Origin: Piedraia hortae CBS 480.64
Lineage: Eukaryota
DNA: 20,000 nt
Assembly (NCBI GenBank): GCA_010093745.1
Contig: MU005998.1
Coordinates: 123,135-143,134, forward strand
Direction of reading: 5' to 3'
In this document: piece by piece, positions 1 to 10,731 of the stretch
How positions within the stretch are numbered: position 1 is the first letter of the stretch
Layout of the letters: each line of letters starts with the position of its first letter
Made by a program: the position numbers and the translations under genes
Notes under the pieces: generated by a model
The model's input: only the letters and a program-made list of their open reading frames with translations
What the model was told of the DNA's origin: nothing
Database searches by the model: none

Positions 1-418
1 TGGCCATTGTTCTGGAGGTCGCCAAGAATAAACATGAACGACCAAGAGGGAGACAAACACATGAAGGGCCTCGCCGCGTATGTGCAGAACAAAAGCAAAG
101 AAATACCACCTCCCCGAGGCAACGGGTGATGCCATCGTCGCACATCTACATGGGTCTCACGAATCCGCACATACCAAGATCTTCTAAACGTCTTGTACCT
201 AGCCGCCGATGACTTAGAGCAGATGAATCGTCATCGCACGGCAGTTACTAGTGCCACCATCCCATGCTGAACCAGGGGTTAGTAACCAGTGTTACCACGT
301 TTACCGAAACATGTGTCCTCGCGGGTAACCCGCAGTCACTCTTCACTGTCGGGGTAGGGTAGGTCGGAAACTGTCCGTAAATAGATCCTAGACTATATCC
401 AACGGATCCATCTACGGA

Positions 419-865
419 TTGGAGGAGGAGAGGATCATGGAAGAGGAAACTGAAGGGATTGTTGAGAAATGTGACACGCCACAGGTGCGATATCTCGTCG
501 ATCAAGCCTTCCTGCATAGGCTCACGGTCAACGATATGTATAATCAGCACGCGGAAGGTCCAGCCGTCGATTTTGTCCTCCAAGAACGATACAACAAAGG
601 GCAGTCTTAAGGCACTTTCCCCGACACCGGAGTGACCAAGGTTTTCATGGCGGGACATACCCATTTTGTCGCCCTGACCACTCTCATGAATATCATCATC
701 GACAGAGCCACTGCGAGTGTGCGCTTCGGCAACGAAAATGTGGTCATCTCAATCGGCTCGGTCGACCTGGACACGCCGATGCCATCTATGCTCTGTTTTG
801 CGGACATGGACGGGCTTGGAGTTTACTTTTACAGGATGTGCCAGGAGGGCATAGTGAGTGATTGA
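419..865 (+). mobile_element. Degenerate LTR retrotransposon (Ty1/Copia-like) polyprotein fragment with aspartic protease motif
   Basis: ORFs 419-610 and 632-865 are in the same frame, split by one TAA (608-610). The read-through gives YLVDQAFLHRLT...FVLQERYNKGQS*GTFPDTGVTKVFMAG...IDRATASVRFG...SIGSVDLDTP..MLCFADMDGLGVYF. This matches my recollection of an ascomycete retrotransposon protease region (L.DQAF.H..T..RY...FQGI.PDTG..ID..TA..FG..SIG..TP..CL.DMD.L). The DTG motif is at 623-631. Confidence 0.65.
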
Positions 866-2453
866 ACCATATACGATAGTGTCTTGATCTCGTGGGTGAA
901 AATTGCTTTGTTATAAGTGCTCTTGATGTTCACCAAAGATGAACGATGCATCCCATCGTCCGATAGCCGTGGAATTTGGCGTGGAGCTTGTGTCACACGG
1001 GCCCCTCGCTAAGTTTCACGGCCATCGCGCAATGTGATGGGGTCTAATCTTTCATCTTGCGCTTAGCGGAAGGACTTCAATTGCGTCGGTAAATTGGTAG
1101 ACTGGATTGCAAAGTCTTGCTCGACAGTATGCACATTTAATGTTTGTAAGTATTTTGCGCGAAACTATGGGTGACATCACGATGAGCTCTAGGTCAGATG
1201 AGTCAAGTCAGTGGTAGATAGGGCGTCCGGGGCCTCGCATGAGTTTCTACCTCACAGAGAAGCTTTCCCTACGGTGAGGTCACGGTTGAAAAGACAGGTA
1301 GTATGTACGAGTGAGAACGATGGATGGAGACTTAGAGATGTGTTTATGAGTGAATACAAGTATATCTTCGAGGGGACATCAGAGAATATATTCTGGGCTA
1401 GAAGGTCAGTGCGTAGCCTCGTATGAAGAGTCATCAATTGTATGACCGTAAGCAAGTGGTTATACATGCAGTAAAGACTGTCAGCATGCAGTCTTACTCC
1501 ATGACTCACCTCAAACAGTAGCAGGGCGCATTCACCATGTCGCATGCGACATGATCCTGAGGGAAACCTCTGTGAGAACCAAACCTAGGGTGCAGCTGCT
1601 GGTGTAAGAGGTGTCGCGCAGTGGCATCGTACACTGATAGCCACGAGACTTCATGCCAACAACGGTATCGCGTGGTCTCGGGTACCCTATCTTTTCTGGC
1701 CCATCTGATTCAGGACTCATCGTGCTAAGTGACGATTTGTGAACTCCAGGGCCGCTCACCAATATGGACCGCTCGCTCAAAATCCCTCTTTTGCAAAAAT
1801 GTACATGGAAACACTCAAAAAGTCCAGGAACCCCTACTGAAGTTTGTGGGGCTTTGGCAAAATTACATGTCCTTTTTGCTTGGTCTTCGCTCAACTGCAT
1901 GTCCTTTTGCTGAGTCAACGTGCTCCAGTTGAGCTACTTGCTGGTAAGTCTGTGTATGCGCTCGAAAACAGCTTCAACCGTGGCAATATGTGAATAGAAA
2001 GGCCAGTGTTATGCTTCCATTAAACAAGTATGTTGGAGGGATATGTTTGAAGACCAAAAAGCCTCAGTTATGATCAGCGGGTAATAGAACATAGTCCATG
2101 TGGATTGCAAAAGCCAAGCTACCGATATCATCCACCCCTGAAAGCATGGCACGGTTGTGCCACATTACGAGTATGGGGCGGTAAAAGCTAGCAGTTAGCT
2201 TAACCAAGCAGAGCATGCCGTTCACCGCGCAACTCTGCTGATTCAAAGCCATAAGGTACCGCACTCATTCCCTCCATCGTCAAACCCGATCTGAAGACCC
2301 ATATAATTTTCGTTAAGGATTTTCCGTATAACCCTATAACCTGTTAAAGCGATAAATGCACTAGAAGGAATTTTGCCTAGCCAATCCACACAGACAGGCA
2401 CTCTGCTCACCACTTCCGGAAAAAAACTTCATACCCACAAAACCTTCAGAGCT

Positions 2454-3257
2454 ATGTCCCGAGGCAAGAAACCCTCAGGCACCATACTACAGCCCCAAGG
2501 CATAGAAAGCCAGCCTAGCAACCCTACTGATGAGCACACTGCTGAGGACAATGCCGACCTTGCGAACGAATCTGGTCCGTCGTCTACTCGCACTCCTTTG
2601 CGTGAAGGGCTCCGACCAGTGGCGCCCACAGAACCCGCAGGCTTACCTGATCCCACTGAACAGTCTGGTCAAGAATCTGCTCAGCCTATGAAGCAAGATC
2701 CTGCGCCTGAAACCTATGACTTCGATCCCGACGAAGAAGGTCTCATTCAAATGGCCACACGCGGGAGGGGGCTCCGTCCAATCCACAAGCATTTAATACG
2801 CAAAGCGTCGGGCAAGGGAAAGAGACACAATACAAAGAAAACGCTGCTCTATCATCCCCCAGGGCCGTCAAATATAAGGTTCTCAGTAGTCCTGACTTAC
2901 GATGATGAGATTATGGGTGGGGGAAAGCGGATTGTGTTTCGAGACGGGCAGAAGAGGGCCAAGGACGATGAGGAGGTGGATGAAAAACCTGCGAAGAAGC
3001 TCAGCCTTACGAGCAAGAGCAGGATGAAACAGGAGGGTACGGGGCAAAGTCGGTGTTCTATGGTTGATGCGATTTTGCCTGCGTATGCTGCTGCTGACGC
3101 TAAAAAGGAGACGACGGGGGAGGATCGTGGCGAAGGCGATTGTGATATGCCAAGCGGAGAAAATGTTGGTGGTAATGATCAGGAGAGGGTAGGAGGCTCT
3201 CCATCTCGCGAGGGGGACGTGCTCGATCCTCATAAAGGCAGTAGCGAAGACGATTGA
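2454..3257 (+). CDS. Hypothetical low-complexity charged protein (267 aa from the first ATG), possibly transposon-associated
   Basis: Uninterrupted 885-nt ORF (2373-3257) with first ATG at 2454. Rich in P/E/K/G/S with basic clusters; no recognisable domain. Confidence 0.4.
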   Translation: MSRGKKPSGTILQPQGIESQPSNPTDEHTAEDNADLANESGPSSTRTPLREGLRPVAPTEPAGLPDPTEQSGQESAQPMKQDPAPETYDFDPDEEGLIQMATRGRGLRPIHKHLIRKASGKGKRHNTKKTLLYHPPGPSNIRFSVVLTYDDEIMGGGKRIVFRDGQKRAKDDEEVDEKPAKKLSLTSKSRMKQEGTGQSRCSMVDAILPAYAAADAKKETTGEDRGEGDCDMPSGENVGGNDQERVGGSPSREGDVLDPHKGSSEDD

Positions 3258-4072
3258 TAGATGTGCGTTATACTTCAGATGAATAGCAATTGCAAAGTGT
3301 AGCCCCCATAAAACACATATCCAACTCCAACGCGCATAACCCGCTCGCCATCACCTGCTCCTCTATCCCGTAAGCTAGGAGGGATCAGAACAAATTGAAG
3401 TTTGCTAGGCACGATAGCTATACTTAGAATCCTGACTTGACCGACTTTTGTGAAAATCGTGCCAATTTTATGCACAACCTCTTCGAACGTTCCCAATAGC
3501 TGGACGAACCCTAATGGTAGCTTGCTTTGTGACAGAATGTGCACAATAATGATTTTTCAGCATGGGTTTTGAGAGTTTGTTTCTTGAAGTTGAGCGAAGC
3601 GGCAAAAGTTTTCCATAGATCCTGTGCCCACGGCCAACCCCACAACACATGGGTACATTTGGATTTTCCCAGACTTATGGTAGCCATACCGAATGGGAGT
3701 ACCCGAATTATGGGACCCATGTGGGATCTTGAATTTAGGGGGCAATGTGGTGTCAATAACCTTCAAACCTTGGAAGCCCACATGGGTTCCTGGGTTTGTG
3801 AAGCAATGCGGTCTCCATATTTCTTGAAATCATATGGTCTTATGCCACTAGCAGCGGTCAACAACAAAGCTGCCATCATGCACGAGGTTTGTTCCCACAT
3901 GCCACCATTCACGTTGCCACATGATCACAACAAGCACACGAAAGACGCAACCGACGCCTGATCCCCAAAAAAAATCACTTTGAGTGAACCAAGACTTTCG
4001 TCACGATTTATTTAGGCCCTGTTACACCATCGAAAGAAACAAAAATAAGAGTAGTCAAGCGCCTCCTTCGCT

Positions 4073-7000
4073 TTATCGATGCATCCGCAGCACGTGCGGA
4101 ACAAAAATCCATCGCGTTGATTGGTCCTGCTCTGCATGTTTCCAAACATCGCCCGGCAGAAGTTCTCGTTCCAGGAGATGCGTGGACATTTCTCGCGTTG
4201 CATGGCATCCTTCAGAACAGAGGTATTGGATGTTTAGTACACTACCAATGTGATGCACTGACACAATCTCGTAACGCTAGGTGGGTTTTAGAGGAGCAAA
4301 GTCTCTTGATCGACAAAATCTTTCCGTCCAATTGCGCGATTCGGTATTATCAAACCTTTCAAGCAAGGCTATGCTTGCGTTAGATCTTGCGCTTTGCAGC
4401 GGGAGGAACTCGACCCTGAAGATGGCATTTCGACCATTGCATCGTACGAATGAGCCGATTGTACAAGCGGCAGGGCCCTGCAAACGACATTATCCAAGGT
4501 AGGAGTCTATCTGCCAATCAAGGCTAGCTCGTCATCAAGCGCTTTTGTGATTGGCTGAGTAAGCACAGACACTCGGACGGGCTTTTGGGACTTCTCTACT
4601 GGAAGTTCAATCATGGCGCGGATGTAAGGCTTGCGACAGGCCTCCAGGAACGCATATCCGGGTCGTGTGTCATAGCATTCATCGACGAACTAATAACCGC
4701 TTCCAGCAAGATAATAAATGAAGAGAATAATGCGAGTTTTATTCGCAAGGCCACGCGACGTTGCCCCACGGTTGGTCAGATCCACTAGGCCAGTTGGGGT
4801 CTTTGCACAACTGCGTTCACGCAGAGCTGGCTCGTCCTACTGGACTGCTGGAGCCTTTCCGCGGCTACGCGTGCTGTACAATGGACCTGACATCAGGCCA
4901 GATTGAGGGAAAACGGGATGGTAGTTGATGGTCGAGAAAAACCGACAGCCAGAACCACTCGCTGCAGCACGCCCTTGTTCATTCCCCCGGGAGTTTTTCA
5001 TGGCCCCAATAACTGGTCTGAATCTTCTAGCCCCGTGGGAAAGTGCAGCAGTAGGTGTAACTTGGTTTTTTCTCAGACTTCCTTGACACCCCAAAGCCCG
5101 CTCCACGTTTTCATCAGCTCTTGGCTATTGGAAAGAACCTTAGCCGACCATGCGTCATATCTTCAATGCTTGAGTCGTACAACATTCGAGTCAGGCTCGC
5201 AAGAGTGCACCAAATGCGAATCAACTTGCCCATGCATTTGGTCATCCCCTGAATCGAGTAGAACGCTACCAGTGTAGACGGTAATATCTGGTCTAGGTTG
5301 CGAAAATCAGGTCCAGTAAAGGTTATACCCCAGCTGACTATCGGTTTGGCAGTTGGAAATCTGTCTAGCTCGTCGCGATTGATGGCACCAGCACATAACG
5401 CGAGGGCATAAAGGTCCTTTCGGATCCCTTTTGCCTTCATTGTGCGTTGCCACAGGTATTTCACGTAGCCCAGCAATACACATAGTAAGATTTCGAACGG
5501 GAAGTCGCGGTGCGGGTCAGAACCACCCAGCTTGTAGAAGCTTGTTGGTGGCGATTCGATCCCAAGCGCCCGATTCTTTGTCCCGGTCTTGGTGCGCAGG
5601 ACTTTTCTCAGGCTTGGTGCGTGGATCAAATTGTCTATAGTTAACAGGTGTGTAATCTTGAACGAGCAAACGCGGCAGGGAAAGACGCTGTTCCACAAGT
5701 GTGAACAAAATTCCGAAACCTGCGGGTTATCACCCACACTCATCACAACCCCTTGCAGACCAGTCGCCTCTCCATTTGTTCTGGATCGAAGGCCACCATC
5801 CCCCGTGAAAGTCGTAGCAGCGCGATCAACAGTGCGTCGAATATGCTTTCAGCCGTCATTTTGACTCCTACGGCATGAAAGGAACTTGCTGATGCGTGTA
5901 ATTGCTAGATTGATAAGCCCAAGATCGATATTCATGACTGACCACACCTTTCGCAGCTTTTCCGCCATTGTTATGAGCCAAACTATGAGCGAATTCCATC
6001 TTGAAACTTTCACTGCTCCGATCCCCTCGCACCGAAAGTTTACGTTTATCTGAGATATCTCAAGGCCTTCAGCGGTGGATCTGGCGCGAGCAGAATGCGG
6101 TTGGTCAAGTGATTTTTAAAATATGGGATCCAAGTCTTCACCACTCAGCGAGTAAATCGCAAACTGCCGGCGGTCATAGGACTCAAGCACCCTCGTCTTC
6201 GCGAAGGAACAGCATGGTTGCTTAAAATATTCCGGGGCCCCATTAACGGTTTGCAGTCCAAGAGCGAGCTGTCCATTAACATCCTGAGCAGCAGTCATCG
6301 ATATAGCTCTTATGATCCTCTCCTCCTTATGGGAGCCCTCAACTGTATGTATCTCACAGTCGTTAAAAATGGTAATTTGCGTGCCCTCATCCAATTGAAA
6401 CCGAAGAACGTCGCCAAGTCAGACCGAAACCTGGTCGTTCCAAAGGTGTAGTAACTCCTTCAGGCACTGAAGTTGAGGAGTCCACCACAATTCTTCTCCA
6501 TGCCACAGTTTTGTATACTTCCGGGTTGGACTGGTCCTCCATCGGATGATTTACTAAAAATTACCTCTGGATGCTCTGTGATTGACTTTTCTGGCGTGCT
6601 GAACTGCATGCGGACGATATCGATAAGGTTGATGTTATAAAACGGCTCTCCATCGCTATTCTCGCTGCGTTCCACATTCGGTGTGGGAAATACGTGTCCG
6701 GTACTTCTTGAGTTTCTTCAAAGAAGGAATTTTAGCCTTTCCCGGCAGCTGTATAAATCTGGTACAAAGTAAAAGAATCGCCTTTATCATTTCCTCACTC
6801 ATAGAATACCTCTGTGAATGGAAAAACGCAAAGAGCAGTGCGTCCCGTGGCGAATCAAGTGGGTGCCAGGGATTTGTGGGCTCCGTAAAGTGCGGATTTC
6901 TTGGAGGAATAGAAATTGGCGACCCAGTTTCGTAATCTGATAGCTCAGTCACGTCATCATCTTTCGAACCTATATCCTCCCAGTCTCCTTCATCACACTC

Positions 7001-7243
7001 ATCGAACTCTCCATCATCGAGTGATACCGAATTGTTTCCTTCACTGTGAATTGATTGCATATCCGCGTCATGCATTACAGCATCATCATCCTCACCAGCA
7101 GGCCAAGGGAAAGTCATGGGGGCATCCGCCATACACTGCAAAGCCGCCGCCTCTGTGAGAGTCGGCTCGGCGTTTCCCGCTTGTTCCCATGCAACTCTCA
7201 TCCGTTCACTCGCGTTACGATATCGCTCCCACTGTTCAATCAT
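4073..7243 (-). mobile_element. Frameshifted DDE transposase relic of the CMC (CACTA/EnSpm-Mirage-Chapaev)/Plavaka-like fungal type
   Basis: Collinear motifs across frameshifts on the minus strand: NPWHPLDS..IPSLKKLK (6656-7243 ORF), S.DGEPFY (6460-6675), GMVAFD (~5790), GDNPQVSEFCSH..CRVC (~5670-5734), DPHRDFPFEILLCVLLGYVKYLW, KTKLHLLLHFP/RRFRP (~5010-5070), CTIGSFV (4277-4483 ORF) and VLNIQYLC..C..LER..H (4073-4264 ORF). This is the recalled order in the fungal GDNP..SE.CSH..CR.C..D.P.EILH.VLLG.VKY..K.H.L.H...RRFGP..N.QH.C family. Confidence 0.75.
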
Positions 7244-8724
7244 ATAAAATGTAGCTATGTGCCTCGCCTTCGCTATCTCTTTATTTTCTTGATGCTTTTG
7301 TGTAATGAGATGCGTCGGAGGGGTGAGCCTCCGAGGACTAGAGCGGAGTGGATGTCAACGACAAAAGTTTTCACTCAACTTTTACTGAAACATGTGTAAA
7401 TGTAGATGTCTATCTCTATGAGATGAGGTTCAAAATCCCCCCACACTACCTCAGTCTAACCGCATTTGCCAGGACAACGTCAGCGAGCCATGCCCTTAAG
7501 CATGAACGAGACAATGACCCGTCTCAGGAAAAACTTCCTCTATAGAGGTAAAAACCCTGAGAAGTTTCGACTTCTAGCTAAGGTTCTGGTCATTGTGGGT
7601 GCTACATCCTTTTGACAAGATGCCTTTCCAATTTCCTTCCCTGCAACGTAAATCCATGCCCTTCGTAAGACTTGTCGCAAGCCGGACGTTTGGTGGGTAC
7701 CATGAAAGAACAGATCATGCAAACGGATTGATAATGTTGTTGAAAAGTATCAGTGCCATACCTCGACCTGGTAACAAAGACTATAAAAAGAAAATCCTGT
7801 ATAGCAAAATGCTCAAAGAGCATAATAAAGAGGACAGTGAGGCAATGGAGTGATATTTGAGACTGTCTGAACAAAGAAGCTACTTGTATATAAGCTTTGT
7901 TAAAAACTCAATCTTCAGAACGATTACGCTACGCAACAACTGTCTTCCAACAGGTAAAACCAACGCGTTCACGCCCACGCCATCTTCTTTCCTAAGCTTG
8001 GCAAAATATTCCCTGATGTCCTCAGCACCGACCATTTTGCCGCTCTGGGCATGTGGCCACAGCATTTGCATCGCCAGACCACATAACATGTCTACCCGGC
8101 GTGGCTTCTAGAAACCATGGGATTACTTCATCGCTGTCAATATTAGTCAAATGCGGTCCAGTGCGATCATCGCTGATCATAAACCCAGATAGCATTGACC
8201 TCCCGCTTCGACTGTCCCACGTTGATGCATGATAAAACACACAGAGGAAATTATCTTGGGAAAGCGCGCCTCAAAGAATAATGCTGTCAAAGTGTGGAGC
8301 CGTCATGTAGTTCACTGCGACAATACCATAAATCCAACGTACCAAAACATGATTTTGTCATCATTCCGCCACATCTGGACAAGCACAGCCGGCTTCGAAA
8401 TGAGTCATGCTGAGTGCATATGCTACAGCCTGTCATCAAATACGTGGGACTCGGTAATGTGTTCATACTTCTGTGAGCTTCCTATTGCGCACTTGCAATT
8501 GCAAAATCACGTTGTCCCTAAACGGACGGAAAGAACCCAAGAAAAACTATAGTGCAGGCGTCAGTCGCACAGATAATGAGATCGGAACTAGACCTACGGT
8601 GGCTTTCTTCACACTTACTCCTTTTCGAGCAAACTTTACGCACCTTAATTACTTTTGTACGCACAGGTGGCCTATGTAAGAGCATCAACTGAAGCCTATT
8701 TACCAGTGGGGGAATTTCTCTGCG

Positions 8725-9681
8725 TCATACAACGCTCCACTCCATGTCCAGCTCATCCATCGTTGGGTCCAAGAATGCCTCTGTCGACAATTGGGCTTTA
8801 TTTGCCTCGAATGATTCTTTTGCCTTTTCCAGGTCCATACCCGATTCCACAAGATAAATTTCGGCAAATTTCTCCGTTAAGCCCGTTATCTTTCCAATCT
8901 CCATCACGAGCTGTCCCTTCTCACCGGCATCTTTAATAGCGCTCGCAACGACAGGGGCCGAATCTGCTTTGGCGGGCGACTCTAGTTTGCCATGGTCAAC
9001 GCCCTGTCCTCCACTGCTGCAGCCATAATCCAGACCTTCGCTCTTCTCAGAGAAATCAACATGTTCTTTGATGTCTAGACTGACACCAGCCCAATGCAAT
9101 CCATCCATTCGCAGATAACGACCTTTGGCCCTTTGTGGAATTTGAACCAGCATCTCTCCCGGGGCGATGACGCGAACATTGCGACTCCGACCATCTCCTG
9201 CCTTTCTCTTCAGCCAGTCCAGTAACACTTGAACGCCGCCATCGTGGTTTCCAGAGGCTTTGGAATAACCCCAGTTGGACACTCTGAGTGTAACTGACCG
9301 ATTTTTCCCTGGAGTCACGGGAGACTCTTCGTGACCATTTGAAACGAATCGCCGGCTGGGTGGGATATAACCTCTTTGCCTTTGGTTGTATGATCTGAAG
9401 GATCCAGAGTTGTTTCTTGGCGGGTAGTACGGCCTTCGATGATTCTGTCCGTAATAAGTTCGTCTGCTACGGGGATATGCAGCGGTCAGTCCACCTTGTT
9501 GATCCCTGGCGTCTGCAGATGAATTACCACGCCGCCAATGTGGGTGGCGGTGACGATTCCCATATCGAAAGTTTTGATTAGACTGTTCTAAATCTTCCGT
9601 GTCCGCACGGCATTTGGTACCAGTTTGATGTTCTTGGCTCAGGTTTTGGCCATTGCTTCCATTATTGTGATCGACATCCAT
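8725..9681 (-). CDS. Truncated MEX67/NXF1-family protein: R/Y/N-rich N-terminus, Mex67-type RRM and TAP-C (UBA-like) domain, lacking LRR and NTF2-like domains (318 aa)
   Basis: LRVSNWGYSKASGNHDGGVQVLLDWLKRKA...RMDGLHWAGVSLDI (~9294-9067) resembles the ascomycete Mex67 RRM (SKAASNPDGG..L..LE.KA..NG..FAG..L.I). QLVMEIGKITGLTEKFAEIYLVESGMDLEKAKESFEANKAQLSTEAF (~8922-8770) resembles TAP-C. Single intact ORF with ATG at 9681. Confidence 0.75.
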   Translation of the reverse strand: MDVDHNNGSNGQNLSQEHQTGTKCRADTEDLEQSNQNFRYGNRHRHPHWRRGNSSADARDQQGGLTAAYPRSRRTYYGQNHRRPYYPPRNNSGSFRSYNQRQRGYIPPSRRFVSNGHEESPVTPGKNRSVTLRVSNWGYSKASGNHDGGVQVLLDWLKRKAGDGRSRNVRVIAPGEMLVQIPQRAKGRYLRMDGLHWAGVSLDIKEHVDFSEKSEGLDYGCSSGGQGVDHGKLESPAKADSAPVVASAIKDAGEKGQLVMEIGKITGLTEKFAEIYLVESGMDLEKAKESFEANKAQLSTEAFLDPTMDELDMEWSVV

Positions 9682-10403
9682 TTGGAGGACAGAGTTTGTG
9701 GTGTACAAGATTTTTGAATTTCGAGGAGCTTCTAAGGCAATTCACGTTTGCAGTGATCACTCCAAAGCCATGGTGACTAAAACTTCGCCGTGATAAAACT
9801 CATGTTCAAAGTTTGGGGTGACCTGCAATGCGAATATCATATGATATCAGACTTTCAAGTGACTACTTCTGCCTTCCTGTGCAATTGCTAACATTCTCGC
9901 ACATGCGGCCCTTCCTTGTCATACGATAGCACTAGAGCAGGTGATTGTTCCACCACGATAGCATGAGATGTGAGGTAGGTATAAGGACAAGGGTTAAAGA
10001 TATTCGCAAGCGTGACAATAACAAGGCCTCAATCGCTTGTGCGCGGGCCTAGTCGGACCTAGATACTACAATTGGGTTTAGCTCTTACTGAAAATTGGAT
10101 TCCGCTGCGGGTCTTGGGAGGCGCTAAACCCGATTGGCGCCCTGATGAGTCCGCCTAAAGATAAGTACCTACAGCCCAATTGTCGGTGCAGCGCTATACC
10201 GATGAGCATCGCCTTGAATGCTGTTGAAGTTGGATCAGGTGTGTCAGCAAAGTCTGGGCATGCTATCGGCTTGGGAGCGAGAGTTGTTGTGCTTTCAAGG
10301 GTCGGCGAATCATGCAATGGCCACTTTGACAAGCTCTATGTTGTGAATATGCGGTATATTACGCGCATTATTAGTAACCGGCGCTCGGCTCTCGACTTCA
10401 CGC

Positions 10404-10462
10404 GTCAACTAGTTTTCCGTAGAGATTTGTATGCAGGTACACATCTGCTCACAATTATAATA
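10404..10462 (+). repeat. Left arm of a perfect inverted repeat (59 bp visible) paired with 19942-20000
   Basis: GTCAACTAGTTTTCCGTAGAGATTTGTATGCAGGTACACATCTGCTCACAATTATAATA is identical to the reverse complement of 19942-20000. Confidence 0.97.
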
Positions 10463-10679
10463 CTCTATCACAAAGACCTAGTGGGCCAACGGCGCTTGCT
10501 GTCCCATATTGATACCAGTCGGAGATGCGAAGGACCGTCTTCATGGCATGTTAAGCCATTCAAGACAAGAGTGACTTAATTCGGATTGACGTAGGGATTT
10601 AATTGCGTATCGCAGATCGCTATTTCGATAACTATCGGGTGCCTCTGGATCATGTGCCAATTTCGTTCTGACGCCCACT

Positions 10680-10689
10680 CCTAACCCTA
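10680..10689 (+). promoter_or_regulatory. Telomere-repeat-like box CCTAACCCTA upstream of VPS23
   Basis: Lies about 43 nt upstream of the ATG. The same 10-mer occurs in the same relative orientation upstream of PCC1. Confidence 0.4.
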
Positions 10690-10731
10690 ATTTTGTTTCA
10701 CCGACCAACCAGCTCACGTCATCACGTCGTC

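Noticed and set aside
1866..1911. Near-duplicate CATGTCCTTTT(T)GCT 32 nt apart
   Set aside because: Only two short copies; a local duplication, not an array or CRISPR.
900..2300. Short ORFs and GTAAGT donor-like sites suggesting a spliced gene
   Set aside because: No consistent reading frame or recognisable motif could be assembled.
2357..8555. TGCACTA (2357) and TAGTGCA (8549) as CACTA termini of the transposon
   Set aside because: Similarity does not extend inward beyond CACTA and no TSD is evident.
10106..10169. Hammerhead-like motif: hairpin GGCGCTAA/TTGGCGCC directly followed by CTGATGAGTCC
   Set aside because: There is no GAAA core strand, stem III or NUH site in any permutation, so it is not a competent ribozyme.
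10145..10579. 144-aa ORF with a Rossmann-like stretch (AVEVGSGVSA..GLGARVVVL)
   Set aside because: The GxGxxG motif is incomplete, nothing else matches, and the ORF runs through the repeat.
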